Source: Octopus bimaculoides
Lineage: Eukaryota
Assembly (NCBI RefSeq): GCF_001194135.2
Contig: NC_068989.1
Location: 81,175,646 to 81,239,645, forward strand
Direction of reading: 5' to 3'
Length of the DNA stretch: 64,000 nucleotides
The notes under the pieces are model-generated. The model saw only the letters and a program-made list of their open reading frames with translations, was not told the origin of the DNA and ran no database searches. A program made the translations under genes and the position numbers. Shown one piece after another: positions 25,300 through 38,960 of the stretch. Within the stretch, counting starts at the first letter, position 1. Every line of letters begins with the position of its first letter.

Positions 25300-26600
25300 G
25301 GGATTCCATCATTGGTAAGAAGGAAGGCAATACCTGTAATTCTTTACAGGGCCCTCAAGAATGGTGACAAGGAAGGAAGAAAGTATCCATAAACTTGAGT
25401 CCTGGCTCAAGAGCTTGCAACAGAGGGGACAGCACTAAAAGCATCCAAGGTGCTGGGTGGTGATGGTGTTAAACAGAACAACAGAATAAGTCTACCAAGC
25501 AACTCTTTAACAGACCATATAATATAAGTTTTCTTTTCATTTATATAAGTCTAGAGGAAGGGGTAGAGCTCATGATCCATGCAGGCCTTCAGAGTCTGGT
25601 GAAATTGATACCATTAATATTGTGTTTCAACTACTGCAGGAAAGACATGAGCAGAGAGGAGATTCCTGAGGCCTGTTGTACTGGAGATGAAGGACTAAGC
25701 ATAGCAATTAGTGCAAGGAAAGAATGGGTACCAAAAGGTAGAAAAATTAGAGGGACAGGGGTGCCTGGGTAATGGAGGTATGAGACCAACCAGCTCTGAG
25801 AAGAGGCTAAAGTGTGTCCATTAGTGATGGAGAGCAACTGAGTCAAGAGACCCTTACCTGGATAGAATCCAGTACGTCAACATGCCTAATAGCAGCACAA
25901 TCCCAGATGTGGGCCTCGCCTGAGCCTTGTTGGGTATCAGCAGCTGTTGGAAAAATATCTTCTGATTCTAAAGAGAAAGGTTAGTTTTGGGGATATGTTC
26001 CTAGCTATGCTAAAGATGTCCTTTCACCAATAGAGATCTTCAGTGATTTGGATTAACCGTGAGATTTATAGTTGAGTACTGCTCATGTTTAAAGGAAAAC
26101 TGTGATGGGAGTGGTGTTTTCTTGATAGGATGAGCATGAGTTTTTTTTGCTGTTAAAAGAGACAAGGTTGACATGATCTCATAGGACGATGCTCTCAAGG
26201 ACTTCATTAATGGAATCACTGCAGGTGTGGTGTGTAGTGTTTAGGTTGCATGTGGATGATGCTTAAATAGAGAAGGTTTGGGAGGACTAAAAGTTCATAT
26301 CAGTTGTGTAAAATTGGACATTGTTGGAAGTGAGCCAAGTAGGTTATTGAAGAGATTGAGGGACAGAATACAAGTTGGTGGCAGTGGGGCACAAAGTGCA
26401 CCATAAACACATGCCACAATAGTACAATCTGATAGGAAACTGCCAATCCAAGAGATGAGAGATGTGTGGAACCTATAGGTGAGAAATTTTGATAAAAGAT
26501 TTGCATACCAGACACAGTCAATGGTATTGCTAATATCTAGAGTAACAACATTGCTTTCACCGAACTTCTCAGTGAGAACCCACTGGTGGGTGACAGAGTA
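25300..26600 (-). mobile_element. Degenerate Jockey/I-like LINE reverse transcriptase relic
   Basis: DISNTIDCVWYANLLSKFLTYRFHTSLISWIGSFLSD resembles the RT motif DISKAFDRVWH...ISWISSFLSDR; many stops. Confidence 0.6.
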
Positions 26601-27497
26601 GATCTCCAGTTGACCATTCAGAATTTCAAATGTAACAACCAGTAGGTATTTTGCCTATTTACACCTGTCTATTGTTATTTTTATTTTTTTTTTATTTTAT
26701 ATAGATTAAGAAAGACTGGAAATGTTTGAAAGTGGAGACATTTATGTGTGTTCTTTAAACAATTGTTTTACATTTGACTGTTCCTCCAAACACTTATTTA
26801 TAAGAGGAATATAGGTACATATTTCCCAACTAAAAAATGAAATTAACATGCTTGTCCTATAACAAAAAAACCTCGGAACACAATACAATGAGAGGGTTTG
26901 ACCCAGTGAACCATCAATAAAGTACTCGACATCTTAAACTACATGGCCATCATATATTGCCCTTTGGAAGATCAAAGTTATGAAGTTACAGTAAAATCAT
27001 ATTAACAGTGTAGTAGGCGTTAGCAGTCCAACCCATTCCAGTATGGAAAACAGTCATTACATTAGATGATGATGATGATACACAAAGTATTTAAAATTTA
27101 AATTGAGAAAATAAATACACATTAAAATCAATGACTAACATTATCCTTGAATTTTTCTAGTAAATATACAAAAAAAGAAGCTTCAAAAAGTTGCTAAGTA
27201 TTTTATATATAGAGTGACTAGAACCAGAAGTACAATTTTTTAAATAATATTTATAAAAATTTATTGAGGGAGATTTAGCTGCCATTTCTAGCAGGTTGAA
27301 TGACTCTGTAGAGATTCCATCATTAGCTTGTAACAGAAGGTGGCAGGAGGAAGATCAAAGAGTCCACATAAAATAATTAGTATCAGTTTGTATATAATGT
27401 TCAGCCTAGTTTGATGGATGAGATAATGCAAAATGAGATGAAACAAATAAATTGTTATTGTCCTCTAAGATCTGCTCAGTACAAAAGACAGACTTAC

Positions 27498-27564
27498 CTG
27501 CCACTGTGTTAAGCACATCTTTTAGCTGAGAAAAGCTGCTTAATATTGGATCAGCATCGTCATC
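27498..27564 (-). CDS. GBF1: GBF1 exon 3: DDDADPILSSFSQLKDVLNTVA
   Basis: ttttcccaattacag| acceptor, G|GTAAGT donor. Similar to human DEERDPLLHSFGHLKEVLNSIT. 67 nt, phase 0 to 1. Confidence 0.95.
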
Positions 27565-27789
27565 CTGTAATTGGGAAAAATTACAAAAACAGTAGTAATA
27601 TAAAAAAATTAATCAAAAGTAAATAATTTGAAAATTGAAAATAGAATAAATTTAGAAAACATTTAACTTGCATTTGTGCAGAAAGCAATCAAAGACAGGA
27701 CTATTAAATTATTCATCAAGTAGAAATTTGCTGTAAGTGTTAAAATTTATAAAGTAATCATTTTCCCTCTTTTTTAGCCTCATGTTAGC

Positions 27790-29110
27790 CCCGATTGGAA
27801 AAGAGCCATGATCAGAGGCAACCTATTGCGTATCTCCCAAACACTCTCCCATCACACGCACTTCAAACAACACAAAGGCAACAGAGATAGCCATTTACAA
27901 TATTTTTCTCCAACACCTTTCATCTTTCTCCCTCTTTAATGAACACTGCTACAGCTTTCATATAACCAAATTGACTTATGATCTACTTTCCCATGTCACT
28001 CACCAGTGGGTTGTTGTCTTTGAGAAATTTGGTTAAAAGTAGTATCGTTCTCTTCCCATCAACAAAGTTTTTGACTGTTTCTGACACATGATTCTCCGGT
28101 CAAAACTGCCCATACAAGTGCTTCACCCATATTTCTTGGATCGGAAGCATTTTGTTGTAAGACTTGCTGATACAACTCTCTCTGACCCACACTATAATAA
28201 CCATGCATTCAGTTTTGTCCCTCATGCTCTTCTTCCATTACATTAATGATTTACTTGGCATCACCTCCAACAACACCCACTCCTGTACAAATAATATTTC
28301 CCTCTGGTCCTCTTTAAGTGAAGGCACATGGCTCAGTGGTTAGAGCATCAGGCTTACAATTATGAGGTAGTGAGTTTGATTCCCAGACTGGGCTGTGTGT
28401 TGTGTTCTTGAGCAAGACACTTTATTTCACATTGCTCCAGTTCACTCAGCTGTAGAAATGAGTTGTGACATCACTGGCGCCAAACTGTATTGGCCTTTGC
28501 CTTCCCCTTGGATAACATCATCGGTGTGAGGAGGGGGAGGCTAGTATGCAAGGGTAACTGCTGGTCTTCCACAAACAACATAGCCTGGACTTGTGCCTCA
28601 GATGGCAACTTTCTAGGTGCAATCCCATGGGCATTTACGACTGAAGGGGGTAGTCTTTACCCTGATGCCCCCTAACCTTCCATATTCTGCACACATCCAG
28701 AAAACTCTATCACAACTCACTCCCTTTAAACATGAGTAACATGCAACTGGAGCCTTTGTTATCACCGAGAATCTCTCCTGACTACTCCAAGTATAAGCAG
28801 TCTAGAGAGCTCAGGTAACACCCCATAATAGTATACCTCTCCCTCATCTGAGATGGTGTTGCTCTCTGTCCAGAGAAAGGCCACTCAACTAATTGGTATG
28901 AAGTCACTTACAAACACACTCCAATCTTCGTGCTGTCCCAAATGTATCATCTCATCTCCCAGTCTTTTCTGCTGTTACTATATAATGACCTCAGGTCTTT
29001 AGATCTGACTGTTTCATTCTACCTCTCAAACACTTTCAATTCATTCTTCTCTTCTCCCATCACCTATATTGCATCCAACCCCACCAAACCCTCTAGATGT
29101 CCTCTTTGCA
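27790..29110 (+). mobile_element. Degenerate Jockey/I-like LINE RT relic, interrupted by a SINE
   Basis: INKVFDCF*HMILRSKLP...FLDRKHFVVRLADTTLSDP; same class as 25300-26600, opposite strand. Confidence 0.55.
28322..28672 (+). mobile_element. tRNA-derived SINE, family D
   Basis: ggcacatggctcagtggttagag (A box-like)...gagtttgattcc (B box-like)...gagcaagacacttt...ttgctccagttcactcagctg. Confidence 0.75.
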
Positions 29111-30610
29111 CATGTCTTTTTCTACAAATCTCAGCCCACAAAAGTTTAAGTAGAATATTTATAGAATGAATCTCACAAGTCTGAAGTCCTGCAAAAGCCA
29201 TAGCACAAAGCCTTCATCCAAACCAAATTAAAACACAAAACAAAACAGAATTTAGGACTACATTATCCATTTTAAAATGGTAGGGTGTAATTTGAGTGAC
29301 ATCTGACTCTTAGCAAGTTGGGTGACAATATAGAAACTCTTTTATTGGCTCACTCATCTGCAGTTTAAAGGAATATGTGTAGCTGAAGAATCTGTCATAT
29401 AGGGAATATGAAAAGATCTTGGATCCAACTTGGTCTACAAATATCACTGTGAAATCTTGTTGATTTCTTTTTCCTCTGAGCTGATGTAGTGAAAATGTCA
29501 GGCACAACATTTACAGAAAATACCTGATAAAAATTGTCGCTGTATGTAATATTATAGTAATATAGTCAGAGTAAATTCTATTATTTGTGACAGACTGAAT
29601 AAGTGGTGGAGGGAGATATACATGTCTATTTGAACTGATTTAGATAAAAAAACGTATAACTGATAAAACAATTTTCATTTTCCAATCAATAAAAAAAATG
29701 GAAGAACATACTATATGAATTGATAATGTAAACATAACATGAAGTTCAAACGAAACAATATGGAGGACAGCACAATGAGTTATAGTCTTGTCTTCAATCA
29801 ATTTGTAACCTATCTAAAGCTTATCAGCTTTCTAAAGAGATTCATTGATTTGTTAGATTGTTTTTCTTCTACATTATTTTTTTTCTTTACATTATGATGA
29901 TCTACATTAATGAGAGCAGAGATGTTCTGAAAGGCAAACAGCTTAAGTAAACATATGTATTATAATAGCTGATCTTAAGTTGGGAGATAGTGGTTCCTTG
30001 AAGGTGTTGTGAGGAGCTTGGAGCTTGCAAAAGGAGCATTATGAGTCAGGGATGAGATTCTAGGTACTTGGAGAGAAGGGTGAATTTTAGAAACAAAATA
30101 TTTAGAGCAGGTCCAAATTTTATATTTTAAACACATTTTCAAAAAAAGAAAAAGAAAAAATTTTATGAGTAGGATATTATTGTATTATCAACACACAGCC
30201 CAGTCTGGGAATTGAACTCACAACAAAAACGATTGATGATGCACCAAGGTTCAATCTAATTTCACTACATGCCCTCACTCCTAGTAATTTCCATAAAAAT
30301 TTAACATAGGGGTCACTAGTTCATGCAAATATCTAAAGAAGGAATAATGCAAAAAAAAAAAAAAAAAAAANNNNNNNNNNNNNNNNNNNNNNNNNNNNNN
30401 NNNNNNNNNNNNNNNNNNNNNNNNNNNNNNNNNNNNNNNNNNNNNNNNNNNNNNNNNNNNAAGATTTACACAAAATTAGCATTTCCTTATTTTATGTTTT
30501 ATTTTACTTATATTGTTGAACATTTCACTTGCTCCATCAAATTCTGCAAGAATGAACAATAACCTGTTAAGGGTCACACAGGGATTTCTATGATACTAAT
30601 CATCCAAATA

Positions 30611-31035
30611 CATCATCATCCTCATCGTTTAGCATCCACTTTCCATACTGGCATGGGTTGGGCGGTTTGACTGAGGACTGGCAAGCCGTGTGGCTGCACC
30701 AGGTTCCAATCTGATCTGGCAAGGTTTCTACAGCTGGATGCACTTCCTAATGCCAACTACTCTGAGAGTATAGTGGGTGCTTTTTACATGCCACCAGCAT
30801 AGGAGCCAGTCAGGCAGCACTGGTATCGACCAGGCTCGAATGGTGCTTTTTATGTGCCACTGGCACTAGCATCAGCCACACCCGAAAGGTGCTTTACACG
30901 TGCCACCGACATGGGTGCCAGTCAAGTGGCACTGGCATCGGCCATGACTATGATCTCACTTGAGTCAATAGGTCTTCTCAAGCACAGCATATTGCCCGAC
31001 AATTGAAGGGCACTTTTAAATGGGCTGGTTATGCG
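30611..31035 (-). mobile_element. RTE 3' UTR copy
   Basis: Reverse complement of the shared 3' end, with the internal gtgcttttt..gtgccac repeats. Confidence 0.8.
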
Positions 31036-31140
31036 ACAGTCTCAAAACTCGTCACTGTCCCCAATGAAATAGTTTCTGAGCATGTCCCCAATAAAACAGT
31101 TTTCAGGGAAATTTGATTTATTCATTTATCATTATTATTA

Positions 31141-31159
31141 TTAGTAGTAGTAGTAGTAA

Positions 31160-31192
<33 letters not shown>

Positions 31193-31203
31193 CAGCAGCA
31201 GCA
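31141..31203. repeat. (TAG)n-(CAG)n compound microsatellite
   Basis: Read directly. Confidence 0.95.
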
Positions 31204-31773
31204 ACGGCAATTGTTATTGTTGTAAAACATGGGGGACAAGGTGTAAAAATTTGTAAATATCATTTGGTGAAAGGGGATACTAAATTACAAAAGGTTAAAA
31301 ACCAGTTTCACGGTAATGGAAGTGATTCTTGTACTGAATACTTCAAGTTTGATAATACAAATGGATAAAAGAATATTGTTTGAAGTCAACCAACAAAGTA
31401 TTCTGTGAAAAGAAATCAAAATTTTAAAATGCTGAATGTTTTGAGTTCAAATCATTTGTGACAATATTTCTAATAATAGATGTCACTTAAGTGTTTCAAT
31501 TAAATTTAGAAAATAAAGAATTTTTTGGTGGGTGGAGGGATTTAGTAATGTAACAAAAAGTTCCTGCATTAAAAAGATTATTTCAGAAGGTTTTAATTTA
31601 GACAAAAACACTTGAACCCTGTTATTGTGGAAATCAGATATAGATCTATTCAAAATTTCATTATCTTTTGTTGAGGAATGTCATGTTTTGAAACTAATTT
31701 TTTGTTGAGCCCTGTCAAGTTTTACTTGAGGCAACATGACTTGCAGAAAATATCAATTCTACTTTTGGCAGAC

Positions 31774-32119
31774 GGACTCGTGGTTTCAATTCTCAGACCG
31801 GGCGTTGTAAGTGTTTATTGAGCGAAAACAACTAAAGCTCCACGAGGCTCCGGCAGGGGATGGTGGTGAACCCTGCTGTACTTTTCACCACAACTTTCTC
31901 TCACTCTTACTTCCTGTTTCTGCTGTGCCTGTAATTCAAAGGGTCAGCCTTGTCACACTGTGTCACGTTGAATATCCCCAAGAACTACGTTAAGGGTACA
32001 CGTGTCTGTGGAGTGCTCAGCCACTTGCACGTTAATTTCATGAGCAGGCTGTTCTGTTGATCGGATCAACTGGAACCCTCGACGTCGTAAGCGACGGAGT
32101 GCCAACAACAACAACAACA
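31774..32119 (+). mobile_element. SINE family C, 5'-truncated, (CAA)n tail
   Basis: 13-bp TSD ACTTTTGGCAGAC (31761-31773 and 32120-32132). Confidence 0.9.
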
Positions 32120-32816
32120 ACTTTTGGCAGACATTTAACATCATTACTGGAATAACCATGAAATTTAATTTTGCAGTCTAAGGGTTAAAATAGAGAGTTT
32201 TTATTGATAAAACTAGAAGCATACTTAGGTAGGCTGGTATCAAACAGATTAAACAGAAAGAAGTCTTAAAATATGTCAATTATTTAACGATCCAAGAACA
32301 CTACAATGGCAGTAGATTACTTCCTGTGTTCATCAGTCTTTTTTTTTTTTTTTTGCTGGCATCATTAATTTATTTTAGCATTTACATGACTAACCAGTCA
32401 ACCACAGAACAATTAGCATAATACAAAAGAACAATATATTTATAAATGATTTATTTCAAGCTAACAGAAATTATCCACATGATATAAATATTTTATAGAA
32501 TATTTATCTAAAACAATTTCAAATTTGTGAAATTTGACCAATTAATATTTAATCAACATGAGTTAGTGAAAGAGAGTTTCAATTATCAGTCAGTAACAAT
32601 AAATAGAATCCAATGTGTGTCAATGAACAATAAATTGCCACCAGTTCTTGTAAGAAAGGGAAGCAAGATCAGAGAATATCTACTTATTTGGCATGACATT
32701 TGAATATCATGATAGAGTCAGATAGTCAGAGATTTACAAGAAGGTTATTTAGATATCTTGAGGTTATACACAAAAATATTTTGATCACTGCATTTTCAGT
32801 TAGTAAAATGGCATTA

Positions 32817-33380
32817 TGGAGTGGCTGTGTGGTAAGTAGCTTGCTTACCAACCACATGGTTCCAGGTTCATTCCTACTGTGTGGCACCTTGGGCAAGTGT
32901 CTTCTACTATAGCTTCGGGCCGACCAAAGCCTTGTGAGTGGATTTGGTAGACAGAAACTGAAAGAAGCCTGTCGTATATATNNNNNNNNNNNNNNNNNNN
33001 NNNNNNNNNNNNNNNNNNNNNNNNNNNNNNNNNNNNNNNNNNNNNNNNNNNNNNNNNNNNNNNNNNNNNNNNNNNNNNNNNNNNNNNNNNNNNNNNNNNN
33101 NNNNNNNNNNNNNNNNNNNNNNNNNNNNNNNNNNNNNNNNNNNNNNNNNNNNTGTGTGTGTGTGTGTTTATGTTTGTGTGTCTGTGTTTGTGCCCCCCCC
33201 CCCAACATCGCTTGACAACCGATGCTGTTGTGCTTACGTCCCCGTAACTTAGCGGTTTGGCAAAAGAGACCGATAGAATAAGTACTAGGCATCCAAAGAA
33301 TAAGTCCTGGGGTCGATTTGCTCGACTAAAGGTGGTGCTCCAGCGTGGCCACAGTCAAATGACTGAAACAAGTAAAAGAG
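32817..33380 (+). mobile_element. SINE family A, full length; gap over the internal microsatellite
   Basis: tRNA-like head gtggctgtgtggtaag...ggttccaggttcattcc; tail gactgaaacaagtaaaagag. Confidence 0.9.
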
Positions 33381-34686
33381 TATGTCCAGAATAAATATGA
33401 AGAAACATAGAAATAGCAACTATAACTGTGCTACAAAGATACACACACATCATCATCATCATCCTTTTACATTTGATTTCCATGGTGACAGAATCATACG
33501 AGTCTGGGGATTGTGGCATGCTCTAATGTTTCAGTTTTGGTGTGGTTTCTATGACTTTATGCTTTTCCAGTGCCAACCGCTTCAGAAAGCGTCCGAGGTA
33601 GTTTTAGTGGGTGGGCACCAGTACAACAAGTCTGTTTTGCAACTAGCAGACTAAAGATTCTAAAAAGTATACACAACTACTCCAACCCTGCTTAAATCAC
33701 TGAGGAATCTAGGCTCCACAACAACAGCCTTAAGGTGATACCTAAGAAATCTATTTCCCTTCTTAACTACAACACCACAATTTAACTAATATCAAAATAC
33801 ACCTAACCATCACATTCAACACTGTAGTATACACTCACACACACACACACACACACAAAAGAAAAAACAAAATACCAAGAGTTAGATACATCTCTACATC
33901 ATTTACATCAAACATATAAGCTCTGTCTTAAAAAGATTGTATTTAGTATTGATACTGAGTTTTGTGTATGGCAACTAATTTGGAAAATATATATAAAATA
34001 ATTAATTTAACATACACTTTTTCATGAACACATGGGTCAAATGGAACTTTATTGGAGCATATTTTCTATGGCAAGATGTCCTTCCTGTCAGCAACTCTCA
34101 TCTGTTTCTAGGCAAGTGAATATTTCCCTATGATCAGACATGCGATTATGTGATATCGAAGTAAAGAGATAGTAACACACACACACACACACACACAAAC
34201 ATACATATAAAATATGAGTAGATACATAGTGTACACACACACACACACACATGCTTATATATAAAATATTAATAGAGACATAGTGTACACATACGCTTAT
34301 GTGTAGGGTTGTTTTGGCATCCTTTTAATTTTTCTTTTTCAAGAATTTCTACATAATTCTATTTTAGGAAATTAGATCTTACAATTCAGCCAAAACAAAA
34401 TTTTTTTTTTTTTCAACATGTTAATATTTCCCTTTTATTATTTGTTTGCCAGCTGCCTCCATTTGATTTCTGCATAAACAACCTGCTGTACCTATTGCAT
34501 TTCTAAATTTTGCTTTCGAAATATTGTTTCTGAATTACATGTCTGAAACACATGAATTTCCAAAACAAAATTTATCACAAAATATATTTTGCATGGAAGT
34601 GGGGTTTATTCCCAAATCTAGCCTTTATGTATATATAGACTGACAGAGAGAACAATAGATAATTGGTCCTTTCAGTGCCTGGCTTG

Positions 34687-35340
34687 TGTGTCTGCCTCTA
34701 CCATTGCTGTTGAACAGCAACAACAAAAACCGATACTTGGGTCTTCCTTTACCATTGCTACTGAACAACGGTAAAAACCGACCACTACCACTCTTGTTGA
34801 AGAACATCATCCCATGTCTTCCTCTCCCATTACCTCTCAACAACAACAACTGATGTCTGTGTCTTCCCCTACCATTCCTGTTGAAGAAGAACAACAAAAA
34901 TCGACCATCAATACAGAGTTTGCGGAAATACAACAAATGATTTCTGCTTTAAGCTGAGAAATAGCAGAAATCAAATCAAGCATTCATGTGGAACCCCACA
35001 ATGAGGGATCTTATTGGAATGCCTTGCTAAAAAATCTCCCTGTAGCTCTTGCCAAATCTAGATGCATCGAGAAAGCCACTGAATCTGTCAACCATGAAGT
35101 AATTGCTATTGGTGTATCAGAGAACATAGCTGACCTTCTGGCATTTGCCACCAGCTCATCCAAAGACTTAGGCTATACTCCTTCGAAGGGTGCTCTCCAC
35201 CTTTGTCGACCAGGTCTGAAAGCCAAACTAATCAGGCCGTCTTTTTCAAACTCTACTGAGGCACTTTCATACCTTTTAGCCTCTGATAAAGCTAAGTGTG
35301 AAAATAGGATTACCTTTAGAACAGGGATGAGGGAGAAGAG
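34687..35340 (+). mobile_element. Decayed LINE ORF1-like frame with a repeated N-terminus
   Basis: About 215 codons in one frame with two stops; VIAIGVSE...KAKLIRPSF...KAKCENRITFR resembles CR1/L2 ORF1; lies upstream of the CR1 RT on the same strand. Confidence 0.5.
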
Positions 35341-36838
35341 AGAAAAACGATGAGTTTTTTTGATCTTGTTAATATTACAGGTATTATTGTCATTATTATT
35401 ATCATCATCATTATTATTATTTTTAAAGATTACTACATGTATTTCTTAACATTTGACATGCTTCGGAGGGCAGACAAAATTTACCCTTCATATCCCCCTT
35501 CCCCATTTCCATTTAATTCAAATGGTTTGCAAATGCGTCTCAGTAGGTGAAAATATTTCAAGTAAAAATCAAGAAAAAGACCCTCTAATAGTATGTAAAT
35601 TTAAGTTCACAATCTTATTTATTCTGAAATCAGATTTGTTTCAACATTCTGTACATCACAATCTTTCTTTCATAACAAACAAGTAGTCTAATACACATGC
35701 CATTGGCCTAGTTTCCAAGAGGGCAACAGACATAATTACGAAATATTAAAAGTATAACTCATTAATGAGCACTTTTCACACTTGATGAGTTTGTGTGGTT
35801 GTTATTCATATTTTTCTCTACTGTTGTGTAAAATTTCATGTAGTTGCTACGTGGTGGCCACAAAAACAAAAAAACTAGAGCAATTTTAGATGTCTGCCTA
35901 ACAGTACCGTGTTCTGGAAAAATGTGCATTCAAAGCAGAGACCTTACTCTCCAGTTGGTCCCCTTCGCAATCCCCACACAAGCCAGATTACTGATGACCT
36001 CAAAGAATGTGCAGAACTCATTGCTGAATGCTATGCAGGAATTTTTACCATTGAAAACTAAAATGTACCATCTCTGCCACCTCTGACATCAAATTCTATA
36101 ACAGCTATGGAATTTACACCTGCAATGCGATGTCACCATAATAATAAGCTCAACTATGCCTCTCTTGGTCTTGATGGTGTTATGTATTTGCTTCTCAAAC
36201 ATGGTGGGTACTTTCTTCTGCAGTAGCTTTCACTCTTCTTTCAATTCTGTCTTAACAACAGTGCTACTCCAGAGCAGTGGAAAACTGCCAGTGTCATTCC
36301 TTGTTCAAAAAGGGTGACCACACATTGCCTGTCAACTATAGTCAGTCTTGCTAGCTGCATTGGCAAACTGATGGAATCCGGTGTCAAAGAAACACTCTGG
36401 AACTTCTGGGATTCTCACAGCCTTATCTGGTCCTCACAATTTGGATTTATCCCTAACTCCAGCTGCTGTGATCAACTTATCAAGTTTCTTGAAGACATCA
36501 CCCGGGTTACTGATGGTGGCTCATGGGTGGATGTTGTTTACCTAGACTTTGCTAAAGCTTTTAATTCTGTGCCACACAAAAGACTTATGACAAAACTCTC
36601 TGCAATGGGTGTGAAAGATTATCTTTTTAACTAGTTGGGGTTCTTCATTCTCAGCTAAAAAGAGGTAGTCAGTTCAGGACAGCATCCTTCATCCTATGAG
36701 ATGTCATCTGGTGTGCTGCAGGGATCTATTCTTGGTTCCCTTTTTGTTTGTTGCATACATTAATGACATAGATGCCAACTTAAAGAATGCCACAAGCTGA
36801 AATATGCAGATGACATCAAGGACAGATCCTGAACACTA

Positions 36839-37262
36839 CACAGGGTGTGTAAGGTATTTGAGGACACACCATTTTGGGGTCATTGCTGCATTTTTTGTTA
36901 ACTCTGTATAATCTTTGTTTCAGAAAATAATAATGGCAGACCCTCAGCTTACTCAAGAAATGAAGAGGCATTCTGTTATTGTGGTTATAATGGTTGAGCA
37001 TAGTGATGAAGGTTTATTTTTATCCTTATAGCATTTTTTGATAAATAAAGTTATCTGTTATTATATCATCATCGTCGTTTAACGTCCGCTTTCCATGCTA
37101 GCATGGGTTGGACGATTTGACTGAGGACTGGTGAAACCGGATGGCAACACCAGGCTCCAATCTAATTTGGCAGAGTTTCTACAGCTGGATGCCCTTCCTA
37201 ACGCCATATCTGGGTTTTTTTTTATAAACATAAAGCTGACCCCAAATATTTTACGCACTCTG
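36839..37262 (+). mobile_element. Internally deleted Tc1/mariner-superfamily element inside the CR1 RT
   Basis: TA at both ends; imperfect TIRs (22/28 by eye: tacagggtgtgtaaggtatttgaggaca vs tacagagtgcgtaaaatatttggggtca); transposase-like start MADPQLTQEMKRHSVIVVIMVEHSD at 36933. Confidence 0.75.
37066..37207 (-). mobile_element. RTE 3' tail inserted in the mariner-like element
   Basis: Near-identical reverse complement of the end of 18078-18316. Confidence 0.9.
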
Positions 37263-38834
37263 TAGATCTTTCCTGCAATCAGACCTGGACACAATGCAGC
37301 AATGGATCACAGACTGGCAACTCAAGCTGGTTGCGGACAAGTGTATCACCAGGCATTTCAGGAGTAATAACCCAGCATCCACATACTCCATTCACAACAC
37401 TAATATCAAGAACTCTTCCCGTGAACATCACCTGGGCATTACTGTCAGCAGTGATTTGTGCTGGACAAGGCACATCTCTAAAATTGTCAAGAAGGCCGAG
37501 GGTGTCTTGGCATCAGTCAGCAACACCTTTGTCAGCTGCTCTTCAGCTATTTATTTAAAGCTGCATATGGCTATGATGCAGCCACATTTGGAATTTGCAT
37601 CACCAGTCTGGAATCCCCATTCTTGCTCCTGGAAACTGTTCAGAGACATAAAACCAAGCAAATACCCTCCATCGGGTATCTACCATACTCTGAACACCTG
37701 AGCATGGATACACTGAAGCTCCAACGTCTCGCAACTGACTTGGTAAACACCCACAAAATTATTAGCCATCATGCCAACAACAATCTTGAGCACCTTTTTG
37801 AATTTCATGTCTCTAACACATGTGGGCATGCCTACAAAGTCAGAAAACAGCACAGCTCCCATGGCTTTCAGAAACATTTTTTCACACTCAGAATTGCTGA
37901 AGCATGGAACAAGCTACCTGCATTAGTTGTTAGCTGCTGAGACATTGCATCCTTTAAAACCTCAATGCTTCCTGAAATTCACCATCACTACACCTGATAT
38001 CCCCCTGCTCCATATGCATCCACACCTGTATATCATGACTCATACACTGTTCACTTTCCTGACATTTGTGCATAATTCTATGTACTATAGATGCACTTTT
38101 GATAAGTTGTAGTGCACCTGAGCACTACACACAATAATTTCATTATTATTATAATATCATATATAGACAGTGTGAAAGAAAGACCAAGAGGAAAAAACAA
38201 ATTTTGATATTTGTCCACTTAGTGTTAACATATATTCAATTTCATAAAGCTGGTAATGTTCTTCACACAATAGCAGATTATGCAAATATATCAACTCTTA
38301 AAATCCTATCCCACAAGTAACTATTGTTGCCATGTCCCAAACTGTATGTAATAGCAATTCAAATAGTGTTGAAAAGGAACTGAAAAATAGGATCTAAGCA
38401 TTCTTCTGTGTGAGGATCAAAGTTTAATCTCAGTTTGCAATGTCTGTGCTTATGTTTTTGCATTTTATTGAGTGAATTTCTCTGGATTTTCATTCCTTTG
38501 ATTTTCAAGCTTAATGGTGGTTTAATACATCAAGCAGTGTGTTTGAATCCAGTGATATTATTCATTAATGATATATTTATTGTTATTCATGATTTAATTA
38601 GAGAAAGACAGCTTGGATTTCTAAAAACAATAATTAGGGTGATATTTCAGTGTCAGTTAAGTTATTAGGATTTATAGATTTTGAGTAGGAGAGGAATAAT
38701 CATATAACCAATATTGCATTGATGCTTTCATAAATGAACGATACAGATTTTAAAATAATTTACTCTTAAATGAAGCATCTTGTCATACTAGTGAGTTTAT
38801 GATAATGTAATTATTGTAAGAACAGTAAGTAACA

Positions 38835-38960
38835 CTAATTTATAGAGCCTTACAAAACATTTGAATGGAAGAAATGGAGATATATTTTGGAATGCTTTAT
38901 CTAATGAGAGTTGTGCAGCTTCCAAATTACAGAGATTATCTCAAACACAAATTCAGTTCT
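38835..38960 (+). mobile_element. piggyBac-like transposase relic
   Basis: TNL*...EEMEIYFGMLYLMRVVQLPNYRDY resembles the piggyBac (DDE_Tnp_1_7) motif E...FLG...MG...LP..RDYW. Confidence 0.55.

Larger units (their letters stand above)
35850..38150 (+). mobile_element. CR1-clade LINE ORF2 (RT and C-terminus) plus 3' UTR, pseudogenised and interrupted
   Basis: SQFGF...VDVVYLDFAKAFNSVPHKRL, YADD at 36803-36814, DLDTMQQWITDWQLKL, PHLEFASPVWNP; (ATT)n tail. Confidence 0.92.

Noticed and set aside
29505-29540. AG|GT recursive-splice-like site in the 18-kb intron
   Set aside because: The reconstituted donor GTATTT is weak; such matches are expected by chance in AT-rich DNA.
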